From: Smithella sp.
Lineage (GTDB): Bacteria; Desulfobacterota; Syntrophia; Syntrophales; Smithellaceae
Direction: 5' to 3'
Assembly (NCBI GenBank): GCA_052139735.1
Contig: JBKQWB010000050.1
Span: forward strand, 8,337 to 72,336
Length of the DNA: 64,000 nt
Made by a program: the position numbers and the translations under genes. The notes beneath the pieces were generated by a model. That model saw only the letters and a list, made by a program, of their open reading frames with translations, was not told where the DNA came from and searched no databases. Below are positions 27,778 to 37,498 of the stretch, in pieces (the first letter of the stretch is position 1; every line of letters begins with the position of its first letter).

Positions 27778-27866
27778 TTTTTGCACAAAATGAATTTCTT
27801 ATCAATCAAATCCGGCAAATCCGGTGCTATAGATTATAGAAGAATAAGCTATTCCCAAAAAGCGGT

Positions 27867-29600
27867 GTGGTAATGAAAGTCCGTGACAGTATTTCAGATG
27901 ACACTAAGAAATTGTTCGCCTATCTTTTGCTGGCGGCCAAAAATGTGTCTTTGTATCCTAAAGGCCACAGCATTAGTATTAATTCCATGAGGCAGTTTCA
28001 CGAAACGCTGGAAACTTTCATTCGTCAATATGGCGATGTAAAAATTGAATTTGAAAGGGATCGCGTAACTTGTCAGGGCGTGGAGGTTCATGCCGGACCA
28101 TCCGAAGAAGGAACGCTGCCTTTCACACTCTTTCGCGACGGTATACGATGGCTGGAATTCGTTGAGGGAATAGAACTGGAAGAAATCAGGGAAGTATTAT
28201 CCCTCATCAACAGATATTCGGTATTGACAACGGAACCGGAAGGAGACATCGTAACAGCCTTCTGGGAATCCCATTTTGATCATGTGCTGTATAAAGCCGA
28301 CGATTTTGTTTCAGGGCAAGCGGGGGATGCGGATGATTTTTTTTCAGAACATACGGCGGATAAGATCGATACCCTGTCCAAACCGGATACAATGCCCCGC
28401 TCAACGGAAACTATAACCGTAACCGACGACAAACCTGAGTCGCCGGGCGGCCTTGCCATTGATACGGCGCCATCCGGCGCCATTATTCTTGACCGGGCAT
28501 CTTTTGTGCTGACTCCCAGGGAACAACTCGAATTGCAGGAAATGGTCTTCCGCGAGGAGGGCTCGTCTGCCACAGAACATCTGAATATGTTGCTGGACAT
28601 GTTCCTGCAGCATCAGGAAAAGAAAGACTTTAATATTGTCCTTGAAGTCCTGCTGGAAGAATTTGAAGTCACCTTTGCACGCAATGATTTCGATGCCGCC
28701 CTTATCATTCTCGACGGGGTGCGCAAGATTCTGGATAGCGGACGGATGCGCGAGCCCTGGGAAAAACCGTTGATCGAGTCCTTCTATAAGGACATCTCTT
28801 CCGATTCAAAATGCCTGAAACCTCTGAAGAATATTTGGAGCAGTCTAAACGCACAGCAGATGGAAACAATAGAACGGATTTTGCAGCACCTTAGTCCGGA
28901 ATCCGTCGAAACCCTCATGCATCTCCTGCTCTTTGGGCAGCCGTCTCAATTGGAACAAATAACGGAGGATACAATTGTTTCCCTCATCAATAAGGACATG
29001 TCCTGCCTGGATGACCTGATCAAAAATCCGGATAATAGAATATCCGAGAAGCTTGTTCATATCCTGTCCAGGCTGGAGGGGGATAAGCCATTAAAATATA
29101 TGATGAAGCTGGCCAGGCATTCGTCAGTATCCGTGCGGCGTCTGGCGCTCAGGGCGATTGGAAAAGCGCACGGCGATCAGATATCGACAATATTTGAGTT
29201 CATCGAAGACCCGGATATCTCGGTGCGCCGGCTGATCCTGACACAAATGAGCCAATCCAGAAATGAGATCACGGAAGATCTTCTGATGCAATATCTTCAG
29301 AGCAAGAAATTCGGCGCTACACAAACAGAATATATTAAGGAGTGTTTCCTGACGCTGGGAAAATGCGGATCACTGAGGTCAGTGCCTTTCTTGAGTAAGA
29401 TTCTGCTGCACCGCAAGTGGCTTGCCGGATTTAAAAAATCGGCGCATCGTGAAGGCGCCGCTTTGGCGCTGGTTGCTTTAAAAATACCGGAAGCGCAGCA
29501 AATTATCGAGACGGCGGGCCGAAGCTTTCATCCCGGCCTGCGTATGATCGCGCACAGAGCAGGAAAAGAATTTTTCCAAAAATATAAAGGAGACCAATAA
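27867..29600 (+). CDS. HEAT-repeat protein whose N-terminal domain is paralogous to that of the downstream HD-GYP protein
   Basis: 577 aa (GTG 27867 or ATG 27873). C-terminal HEAT/PBS-lyase-like repeats (HSSVSVRRLALRAIGKAHG, DPDISVRRLILTQM). The stop lies 2 nt before the next ATG. Confidence 0.6.
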   Translation: MVMKVRDSISDDTKKLFAYLLLAAKNVSLYPKGHSISINSMRQFHETLETFIRQYGDVKIEFERDRVTCQGVEVHAGPSEEGTLPFTLFRDGIRWLEFVEGIELEEIREVLSLINRYSVLTTEPEGDIVTAFWESHFDHVLYKADDFVSGQAGDADDFFSEHTADKIDTLSKPDTMPRSTETITVTDDKPESPGGLAIDTAPSGAIILDRASFVLTPREQLELQEMVFREEGSSATEHLNMLLDMFLQHQEKKDFNIVLEVLLEEFEVTFARNDFDAALIILDGVRKILDSGRMREPWEKPLIESFYKDISSDSKCLKPLKNIWSSLNAQQMETIERILQHLSPESVETLMHLLLFGQPSQLEQITEDTIVSLINKDMSCLDDLIKNPDNRISEKLVHILSRLEGDKPLKYMMKLARHSSVSVRRLALRAIGKAHGDQISTIFEFIEDPDISVRRLILTQMSQSRNEITEDLLMQYLQSKKFGATQTEYIKECFLTLGKCGSLRSVPFLSKILLHRKWLAGFKKSAHREGAALALVALKIPEAQQIIETAGRSFHPGLRMIAHRAGKEFFQKYKGDQ

Positions 29601-29602
29601 TC

Positions 29603-31042
29603 ATGTCTGAAAAACAGTCGATTGCGGAGCGATTCGGGCATGATTTTTTAAGAGCCCTGTATCTCATGATCAATACTGTCCGTATGTACGATGATAACAA
29701 TCAACTCGTCCAAACGTGTGTCAGCTCATTTCAGAACATACTCAACGAACTGACTGTCAGTGGAGACATCACCCTCCTCCTTTACCGGAGCCGTTTTCAT
29801 CTTGGAGGAGAAAAAATTCGATATCGCAGAGACGCGGCAGTTATAACTTACAACATGGTGGAGTTTTTTTCGAATCGAGGCATCGGCAGTGTAACTTTTT
29901 TAAAGTCGTCGCGTGATGTTGCTCCCGAAAATATCATAACATTTTCACGTCTGTTCAATGATGCGATAAGGCATGATGATCCCTATCGTTGGCTGGAACA
30001 AAAGCTGCTGGAGAAGAATTGTTCGTGGGTAGAGTGCGAACGGGTGACACCGGACGCGATAGCCGGGGGCGAAAGTCCGGAAGAAAAACGTTATGAAAAC
30101 GCACGGAAAAATTATTTTCTTGCGATCGAAGCGGTAAGAGAGGTAGCAAATAAAGTGTCCCAGGGTATGGTAGGAATACGCAAGAGCAGACGCGTTGCCC
30201 AAAATATCGTGGACATGGTCAGGGACGATCCGACCTTGATGATAGGGTTGGCAACCCTCGAGGAATATGATGATTATATATATGCCCATTCAGTCAATGT
30301 TGCTCTTTTGGCGGCCTGCCTGGGAAGGCATATAGAATTATCGGATACTTCCCTTGAGCAATTGACCATTTGCGGTCTTTTTCACGATCTGGGAAAAGTA
30401 GACGTGCCCAAGGAGATTATCTTCAAGCATGGAGATCTGAGCGACGGAGAATGGGATTTGTTGAAGGCGCACCCCGTCATGGGTGTCAGAAAAATTCTCA
30501 TGCTCAAAGCCACTCCATCCTTGAGATCGAGAATTATCCTCGGTCCGTTTGAGCACCATCTGAATATGGATTTGACCGGCTACCCGCGAACCATGTTTAC
30601 CGGCCATTTAAGCCTTACGGGAAAGATTATTCATATAGCCGACGTCTATGAAGCGATGACTCATGAGAGGGTTTACCGGCCAAAGCCTTTCACGTCTGAT
30701 GAAGTGTTGAGAAAGATGTGGGAGGAAGCGGGAAAACGTTTTGATAAGATTCTTTTGAAGCGATTTATTCACATGATGGGGATTTATCCAATCGGTTCCG
30801 TCGTAGAACTTAGCAACGGCGCTATCGGCCTGGTAATGGATTATCCCGAAGAAACCGAACGCAGCCTGCCGCTTGTTTTGCTTCTTAAGGATGACGGCAA
30901 CGGCGTTTTGCAACGCGGGGAAATGCTTTATCTGGCGGACCAGAATATAAAGGACGGCTCGGACCGTTTAAATATTGTCCGGGGAATTCCGTCGGCTCAA
31001 CTCAATATCCGTCCCGCGCAGTATTTCCTGCATTTGAAGTAA
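29603..31042 (+). CDS. HD-GYP domain protein (putative cyclic-dinucleotide phosphodiesterase)
   Basis: 479 aa. HSVNVA...HDLGKVDVP...HH...GYPRTM motifs of HD-GYP. Confidence 0.85.
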   Translation: MSEKQSIAERFGHDFLRALYLMINTVRMYDDNNQLVQTCVSSFQNILNELTVSGDITLLLYRSRFHLGGEKIRYRRDAAVITYNMVEFFSNRGIGSVTFLKSSRDVAPENIITFSRLFNDAIRHDDPYRWLEQKLLEKNCSWVECERVTPDAIAGGESPEEKRYENARKNYFLAIEAVREVANKVSQGMVGIRKSRRVAQNIVDMVRDDPTLMIGLATLEEYDDYIYAHSVNVALLAACLGRHIELSDTSLEQLTICGLFHDLGKVDVPKEIIFKHGDLSDGEWDLLKAHPVMGVRKILMLKATPSLRSRIILGPFEHHLNMDLTGYPRTMFTGHLSLTGKIIHIADVYEAMTHERVYRPKPFTSDEVLRKMWEEAGKRFDKILLKRFIHMMGIYPIGSVVELSNGAIGLVMDYPEETERSLPLVLLLKDDGNGVLQRGEMLYLADQNIKDGSDRLNIVRGIPSAQLNIRPAQYFLHLK

Positions 31043-31234
31043 AATGACTGATTAAATATTTCAAATGCGAATTTTCAAAAACACTTTATTGATCATGACC
31101 GTTTACGCGCAGCAGACTTTAATAAGTTCTAATTCAGAACTTTCGCCGGACAAATTAAGAGCAAATTTTTATTAAATTTTCTCAATAATTATGATAGTAA
31201 AGTGTAAATATAAAAATTATACACGGAGGGTGTT

Positions 31235-31864
31235 ATGCAAAAAGCCATTATTTCCATTCTTATAATCTTAGCATTTATTTGTTCCTGTTCAAAAATGAAT
31301 GAAAAACCGGAGGATTTGATTAACGAGGCAAACCTTTTATGGGATGGAAAACAATATACGGATCCCCAGAAGGCAATTGAATATCTGAGCAAAGCTATTA
31401 AAGTGCAGCCGAATAATGCGGAAACATACAACCAGCGGGGCGCCGCCTACAAAAATCTTGGACAGAATCAGCCGGCCATTGATGATTTTAGCACAGCCAT
31501 TCGTCTTAAGCCGGATTTCGTTTTAGCCTATAATAATCGTGGAAATATTTACGGCAACATTGGCCAGTATAAGCAAGCTATTGATGATTTTAGCACAGCC
31601 ATTCGTCTTAAGCCGGATTTCGTCGAAGCATACGACAGCAGGGGAAATAATTACAACAATCTGAAGAATTATCAGCTGGCTATCGAAGACTTTAACAAGG
31701 CAATCCAGCTGGCGCCCAATAATGCTAATGCCTATAACAATCGGGGGCTTGCTTATTTCATGCATGGCAACAACAAACAAGGCTGCAGCGACGTGCAAAA
31801 AGCTTGCTCATTGGGATTCTGCAAAGCTTTAGAATTAACTAAAAGTCGTGGAGTGTGCCGCTGA
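31235..31864 (+). CDS. TPR-repeat lipoprotein
   Basis: 209 aa. Signal/lipobox-like ILIILAFICSCS and at least 4 TPR units (AIEYLSKAIKVQPNNAETYNQRGAAY...). Confidence 0.75.
   Translation: MQKAIISILIILAFICSCSKMNEKPEDLINEANLLWDGKQYTDPQKAIEYLSKAIKVQPNNAETYNQRGAAYKNLGQNQPAIDDFSTAIRLKPDFVLAYNNRGNIYGNIGQYKQAIDDFSTAIRLKPDFVEAYDSRGNNYNNLKNYQLAIEDFNKAIQLAPNNANAYNNRGLAYFMHGNNKQGCSDVQKACSLGFCKALELTKSRGVCR
31478..31623 (+). repeat. Perfect 44-bp direct duplication (31478-31521 and 31580-31623), spaced 102 bp (one TPR unit) apart inside the TPR gene
   Basis: ATTGATGATTTTAGCACAGCCATTCGTCTTAAGCCGGATTTCGT occurs twice, encoding IDDFSTAIRLKPDFV both times. Confidence 0.95.
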
Positions 31865-31975
31865 TCCGGGGTTGTACTGATTGCCGGAAACAATTAACGT
31901 ATTTTTTATCCGTATTATATTGATGAGCGAAATCCTTACGCATATAGAGCGTTTATCAAAATAATAAAGGACACC

Positions 31976-34261
31976 ATGCTAAGTACTTTTAAACAACCGC
32001 CAAGTATTAAAAATCTGGGCGTCAAGCACTACAGGGCTTATTGTTCCCTGAATAGACTCGCTTTAGGCGTGGACAATATTCATTTGGATGTCCATATCAG
32101 CCCTCAGGCATACAGTTCTTTAAAAAAGACAACGTTTCTTTTAATGGTAAAAAACAGCGGAACGGAATTTTTTTTTAAAGACTATAAAAGAGAGTTTTGT
32201 GAAATTGAAAAAGATGCTTTGAAACGCATTTTAAATGATGTTCTGCTTGACGGGATCAACAAGGCCAAAGCCGCCTCTGAGGTTCAGATTGATTTTCTGG
32301 CGCAAATATCCATTGTAAAATTGTTTTTGGAGGAAATCAAATCCCAATACAAAATTATGGTGGCGCAAATCGAACCTCTGATCAAATTTTATCAACTATC
32401 CGCGAAACACGATCAAAATGATGTTTTCTTAATTAAAGACAAACTATCAGAAGTAAAGCTTCATTATGCTCAAATCGTTCGTCTTGTGTGGAAGGAACTG
32501 TTTGAATTACTGGCTGACGTTAATACAAGAAAATTAAGGGAGATGAGAGAGACTCATTTTGTCCCCCATGATATTCTGCCGAGTCATTATCTTTCAAACC
32601 CTGTGTTCCATACAAATAATCCCAATGATGATTTTTTTCTTATTGAAGAATACGTGCTCATGGGACAGAGATCCGAAGATATTGATAACTACCAGAGCAT
32701 CAGACTGATCATATATGAATTGCTTAGCCAAATTGATTTAAAAAGCGAATGTTCCATGGATGATCATGAGGACGCGGGTGAAAGAAAGCTTCAGGAAGTT
32801 AATGGTATTTTTAATGCTGAAAATTACGTGTTCGATTCATTAATAATGAATCCTGATAACATTGACCGGATGTTCGACTATTTCGATTCGCAAGAACAAT
32901 ACGAAAAAGCAAAAAAGCAGAAAGAAGCAAAAGATGTTCTGGAAAAGATAAAAAAACGAATAGAAGCTCAGAAATATTTACTTGATCTTTTTTACCGTAA
33001 ATTTAAAAAATCCCATCTTATTCGACTGGTCGTAGCCGATTTTGAAATGAAACCTGTATACGAAAATTACTGCCCGCCAATGCCGCCAAGGCAGGTAAGG
33101 GAATTTCTGGTTGATTTCTGGGAAAGAATATCTATGAGAAATCATCAAAAACGTTTAAAATCTCTTTATGGTAATGAATTCTCTCTTGAACCCCTTCTGC
33201 AAATCGTCAAGCGGATCAACGGCGCCAGCACTAAAGAAAAGAAACAATATTTGATTATGTTTCTCAAAATATTTTCTAAATATCATAGAGATATGTATAG
33301 TTTTCGTATTATCAAGGATGCGATGGACTCCATCAATCTCATTACGGAAGAAAAAATTATTTTATTGTCGCGGGAAAATCACTCGCTTTTTGAGTTTCTG
33401 CTGCCGGATGAACGGGTCAAAGAAGAAAAACCCATTGCCAATCACGTCATCATTAAGGCGGATATACGCGGTTCCATGATCATAAATCACATGATGAGAA
33501 AAATGGGACTTAATCCCGCATCGTATTTCAGTCTGAATTTTTTTGATCCTATTTCTGCTGTTCTTTCCGAATATGGAGCGTCCAAAGTGTTCATTGAAGG
33601 AGATGCGATTATTTTATCAATTTTTGAAACTGAAGACACCATACAGGGAAATTATAGCGTCGCGCGAGCATGCGGATTGGCGATTAGAATTTTGCAAATT
33701 GTTCACAGCTACAACGAGAAAAACAAGGACAATAATCTTCCCGTGCTGGAACTGGGAATTGGAATCTGCTACAGCCAGGGCCCGCCGGCCTTTTTATTCG
33801 ACGGCGATTCCAGAATCATGATTTCTCCGGCTATTAATCTGGCAGACCGTTTATCCAGCTGCGATAAATTACTTCGCAAAATATTTAAAAGTCAAAATGA
33901 TGTGTTTAATTTATTTGTTTTTGAAAATGAATCGGAAGAAATCACTGAAACCGGGGTAGATGATTCTACTTATCGCTACAATGTCAACGGAATTGAGCTC
34001 AACGAAGACGGATTCAACAAGATTACCGGTGAAATTAACCTGCAAATATTCATATATCCTTCAGAAACTGATGATGGCGTAAAATTCTATACGGGCAAAG
34101 TTCCCATGGCAAACGGCAATTATCAACGCATTGTCATTCGGGAAGCGGTAATTCATAAAGTAAAACCGGACGTGCTGAATGTTACCGGGAAAATATCAAA
34201 AAAATACTATGAAGTCTGCACACATCCTACAATTTACAAGTCTATAGACAGTCAATATTAA
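31976..34261 (+). CDS. Large cytoplasmic protein with a divergent class III nucleotidyl cyclase-like domain
   Basis: 761 aa. Residues about 485-640 read VIIKADIRGS...FIEGDAIILSIF...LELGIGICYSQGP...SPAINLADRLSS, in the order of the class III cyclase metal-Asp, metal-Asp, and Asn/Arg motifs. The roughly 480-aa N-terminal region has no motif I recognise. Confidence 0.55.
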   Translation: MLSTFKQPPSIKNLGVKHYRAYCSLNRLALGVDNIHLDVHISPQAYSSLKKTTFLLMVKNSGTEFFFKDYKREFCEIEKDALKRILNDVLLDGINKAKAASEVQIDFLAQISIVKLFLEEIKSQYKIMVAQIEPLIKFYQLSAKHDQNDVFLIKDKLSEVKLHYAQIVRLVWKELFELLADVNTRKLREMRETHFVPHDILPSHYLSNPVFHTNNPNDDFFLIEEYVLMGQRSEDIDNYQSIRLIIYELLSQIDLKSECSMDDHEDAGERKLQEVNGIFNAENYVFDSLIMNPDNIDRMFDYFDSQEQYEKAKKQKEAKDVLEKIKKRIEAQKYLLDLFYRKFKKSHLIRLVVADFEMKPVYENYCPPMPPRQVREFLVDFWERISMRNHQKRLKSLYGNEFSLEPLLQIVKRINGASTKEKKQYLIMFLKIFSKYHRDMYSFRIIKDAMDSINLITEEKIILLSRENHSLFEFLLPDERVKEEKPIANHVIIKADIRGSMIINHMMRKMGLNPASYFSLNFFDPISAVLSEYGASKVFIEGDAIILSIFETEDTIQGNYSVARACGLAIRILQIVHSYNEKNKDNNLPVLELGIGICYSQGPPAFLFDGDSRIMISPAINLADRLSSCDKLLRKIFKSQNDVFNLFVFENESEEITETGVDDSTYRYNVNGIELNEDGFNKITGEINLQIFIYPSETDDGVKFYTGKVPMANGNYQRIVIREAVIHKVKPDVLNVTGKISKKYYEVCTHPTIYKSIDSQY

Positions 34262-34293
34262 ATTAAAAATAATAATCGGTTAAATTTATACAT

Positions 34294-34331
34294 AAAAAAA
34301 GGCGCTCCGTTTCGGGAGCGCCTTTTAGTTT
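34294..34331. terminator. Bidirectional rho-independent terminator between convergent genes
   Basis: AAAAAAA-GGCGCTCC-GTTTCG-GGAGCGCC-TTTTAGTTTT. Confidence 0.8.
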
Positions 34332-34352
34332 TAGGGTTAAACTTCCTTATTA

Positions 34353-36809
34353 TTAATCGCCCAGTTTATCAGAGGAGATTCTCATACCGTAGAATGAACG
34401 GTAAACGAAAATCAAGGCGATGATGAAAAAGGCTGTTGCAAGACCATACTTTAAGTTGGTATTGGTCATGGTAACCGCGATTTCCGTTGCCAGCAATCCG
34501 AACAGAGTCGTGAACTTGATGACCGGATTCAGAGAAACCGAAGAGGTATCTTTGAAGGGGTCGCCGACGGTGTCGCCGACAACGCTTGCTTCATGCAGCG
34601 GAGTGTTTTTCATCTTCAGATCGACTTCAACAATCTTCTTGCCGTTATCCCAGCAACCGCCGGCATTGGCCATGAAGATTGCCTGATAAAGACCGAAGAA
34701 GGCGATACCAATCAGATAACCGATGAAGAAGTAGGGGTTAAAGAATGACAGCGCCAGACACATAAAGAAGATCACGATGAAGATGTTGATCATACCCTTC
34801 TGAGCATACTGGGTACAAATCTGAACGACTTTCTTGGAATCTTCAATCGACGCTTCTTTTTTATCCAGATTGATATTCTTCTTAATAAACACAACGGCCT
34901 GATAGGAACCGGTGGTAACTGCCTGTATGGAAGCCCCGGTAAACCAGTAAATTACCGCGCCGCCCATGAGCAAGCCCAGAATAATTTCCGGCTGAACAAG
35001 GCTCAGCTTCTCGGTAATTCTGAATAGCGGATCTGCCGCTTGGCCAATACCCTGAAGCATGATGATGATACCAAAAACCATGGTAGTCGCGCCGACAACG
35101 GCGGTTCCAATCAACACGGGTTTGGCTGTTGCTTTGAATGTATTGCCCGCGCCGTCAGCAGATTCCAGGAAGTGCTTGGCCAATTCAAAATCAGGTGTAA
35201 TTCCGTATTCTTTTTTCACAACGTCTTTTGCGTCTGGACGTGATTCAATCATGGACAGTTCATAAATGGACTGAGCGTTATCCGAAACAGGTCCAAAGCT
35301 GTCCACCGCGATGGTCACAGGGCCCATGCCCAGGAAACCGAAAGCGACCAGACCGAAGGCAAACACCGGAGCGGCAAAAGTAAATGCCGGGGGCATTAAA
35401 GCCATAACAGCCGGATTTTTGGATACCAGGTAGGCAATCAACATCAGAACCATGATCGTCAGACCTTCCCAGAAAGCAGAGAAGTTACCGGCAACCAGAC
35501 CGGAAAGAATGTTCAAAGAAGGACCGCCCTGACGGGAAGCGTTGACAACTTCTTCGCAGTGACGTGAAGAAGTGCTGGTGAATACTTTTGTAAATTCCGG
35601 AATCAAAGCGCCGGCGATGGTTCCGCAACTGATGATGATGGAAAGAGGCAGCCACAAACCTGCGTAAGCATCCGTTAAGTCGCCGAGTAGATAATGACTG
35701 GCAACGAAGGTCACCCCGATGGAAATAAGAGAGGTAATCCAAACCAGATAGGTTAAGGGATGTTCAAAGTTAAATTCTTTCTTTCCGGCAAAAGCAGCTT
35801 TGCTGATAATGTCATTGACAAAATAAGAAACCAGAGAGGTCATGATCATGAGGATTCTCATAGCAAAAATCCAGACAATCAACTTGCCGCCCATTGCAGG
35901 ATTACTCGCCAAAGCCAAAGCCAGGAAAGCGATCAGGGCAACGCCTGTGACACCATAAGTTTCAAAACCGTCTGCCGTGGGGCCAACGCTGTCACCAGCA
36001 TTGTCACCGGTACAGTCGGCAATAACACCGGGGTTTTTGGGATCGTCTTCCGGAAGATGGAAAACGATTTTCATCAAGTCTGAACCGATGTCGGCAATCT
36101 TGGTGAAGATACCGCCGCAGATACGCAGAGCGGATGCGCCCAGAGATTCACCGATCGCAAAACCGATGAAGCAGGGACCGGCCAATTCTTTGGGAATGTA
36201 GGCCAGAATGATAATCATGAAGAAAAGTTCGATGCTGACCAGCAGCAGTCCAACGCTCATACCGGAACGCAGACAAATGTTGACGATGTTCAAAGGCTTG
36301 CCGCTCAGTGATGCGAAAGCAGCACGGGAATTAGCCACTGTATTGATACGGATACCGAACCAGGCAACTGTATAAGAACCCAGAATACCTACAACAGAAC
36401 ATACCAGAATAATAATGACGTCTGAAACTGCTTTGGCCTCAAGCACCCCAAAATAATAACTTATACAAATAGCGATCAGAACCCACAACGCGATGAGGAA
36501 TTTGCCCTGTTGGAACAAATAGGTTTTGCAGGTTTCCCAAATGGTCTGAGAAACATCCAGCATCGCCTTATGCGCGGGCAGATTCTTTGTTTGCACATAT
36601 TGCATGATACCAAAAATCATCCCAATGGCGCAGACGATCAATCCGAAATTCAGAATGGTTGCCCCTGTAAGGGTGCCACCTAAAAAGCTGACTGACAACA
36701 CATCCGGCAATTTAATGTCCGCCTCACCGGCAAATGCTGCGCCAGCCATGAGCAGAAACATCAAAAAGCTCAGTAAAAATGTCCAGATACTTCTTTTGTT
36801 TTGTAACAT
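34353..36809 (-). CDS. hppA: Membrane-bound H+/Na+-translocating pyrophosphatase
   Basis: 818 aa, polytopic. Motifs GDNAGDSVGP, DNAGG-like CWDNGKK and GDTVGDPFKDT. Confidence 0.95.
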   Translation of the reverse strand: MLQNKRSIWTFLLSFLMFLLMAGAAFAGEADIKLPDVLSVSFLGGTLTGATILNFGLIVCAIGMIFGIMQYVQTKNLPAHKAMLDVSQTIWETCKTYLFQQGKFLIALWVLIAICISYYFGVLEAKAVSDVIIILVCSVVGILGSYTVAWFGIRINTVANSRAAFASLSGKPLNIVNICLRSGMSVGLLLVSIELFFMIIILAYIPKELAGPCFIGFAIGESLGASALRICGGIFTKIADIGSDLMKIVFHLPEDDPKNPGVIADCTGDNAGDSVGPTADGFETYGVTGVALIAFLALALASNPAMGGKLIVWIFAMRILMIMTSLVSYFVNDIISKAAFAGKKEFNFEHPLTYLVWITSLISIGVTFVASHYLLGDLTDAYAGLWLPLSIIISCGTIAGALIPEFTKVFTSTSSRHCEEVVNASRQGGPSLNILSGLVAGNFSAFWEGLTIMVLMLIAYLVSKNPAVMALMPPAFTFAAPVFAFGLVAFGFLGMGPVTIAVDSFGPVSDNAQSIYELSMIESRPDAKDVVKKEYGITPDFELAKHFLESADGAGNTFKATAKPVLIGTAVVGATTMVFGIIIMLQGIGQAADPLFRITEKLSLVQPEIILGLLMGGAVIYWFTGASIQAVTTGSYQAVVFIKKNINLDKKEASIEDSKKVVQICTQYAQKGMINIFIVIFFMCLALSFFNPYFFIGYLIGIAFFGLYQAIFMANAGGCWDNGKKIVEVDLKMKNTPLHEASVVGDTVGDPFKDTSSVSLNPVIKFTTLFGLLATEIAVTMTNTNLKYGLATAFFIIALIFVYRSFYGMRISSDKLGD

Positions 36810-36833
36810 TATCCATCCTCCTTTTTAAAATTC

Positions 36834-37403
36834 TTAATTATTTTTTGTATGGTATTTAGCCATAGCTTGTTGCATACCTGATTCAATAATATCTGCAGCG
36901 GCTTGAGCCGCAATTTCAATGACTTCCTCAAGCAAAGCGGATTGATCCTGTCCAAACCGTTCCAAAACATAATCTTCAACGCGGAATTTATCGGAAGGTT
37001 TGCCGATACCCATTCTTATTCGCATAAAATCAGCGGACCCGAGGCATGCCGTAATGGATTTCAGACCCTTATGCCCGGCGTCTCCTCCACCGGTTTTAAG
37101 GCGAACTGAACCGAAAGGTAAATCAAGATCATCGTGTATTACGATCAAATTATTTATACCCACTTTAAAGTAGGCAAGTAATTTTCTTACCGCATTACCA
37201 CTTAAATTCATGTATGTCTGAGGCATCGCTAAAAGCACATTTTGGCCTACGATTTTACCTCTATTCCAAAGAGCGTCAAAACTTTTTTGCTTTAAGTCCA
37301 CTTCCCACCGGGCGGCAATTTTTTCCAGAACCATAAACCCGATGTTGTGTCTCGTATATTGATAGCGGCTTCCCGGATTTCCCAATCCAATGATCAGATA
37401 CAC
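36834..37403 (-). CDS. pth: Peptidyl-tRNA hydrolase
   Basis: LIIGLGNPGSRYQYTRHNIGF signature. GTG at 37403, 6 nt after GGAG, gives a typical 189-aa protein; the track ORF extends to 37463. Confidence 0.9.
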   Translation of the reverse strand: MYLIIGLGNPGSRYQYTRHNIGFMVLEKIAARWEVDLKQKSFDALWNRGKIVGQNVLLAMPQTYMNLSGNAVRKLLAYFKVGINNLIVIHDDLDLPFGSVRLKTGGGDAGHKGLKSITACLGSADFMRIRMGIGKPSDKFRVEDYVLERFGQDQSALLEEVIEIAAQAAADIIESGMQQAMAKYHTKNN

Positions 37404-37498
37404 AATTTGCTCCTTCTCATCAACGCGCCGGAAAAATATTTTTGTTAATTTCGAGAGAAGCAACTGCCATCACCCAGTTATTGAAGCCTTCTATAAAA

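Noticed and set aside
27600-27866. Possible c-di-GMP riboswitch or other leader RNA upstream of the HEAT/HD-GYP genes
   Set aside because: No GEMM-like conserved blocks were recognisable; only a promoter-like element could be supported.
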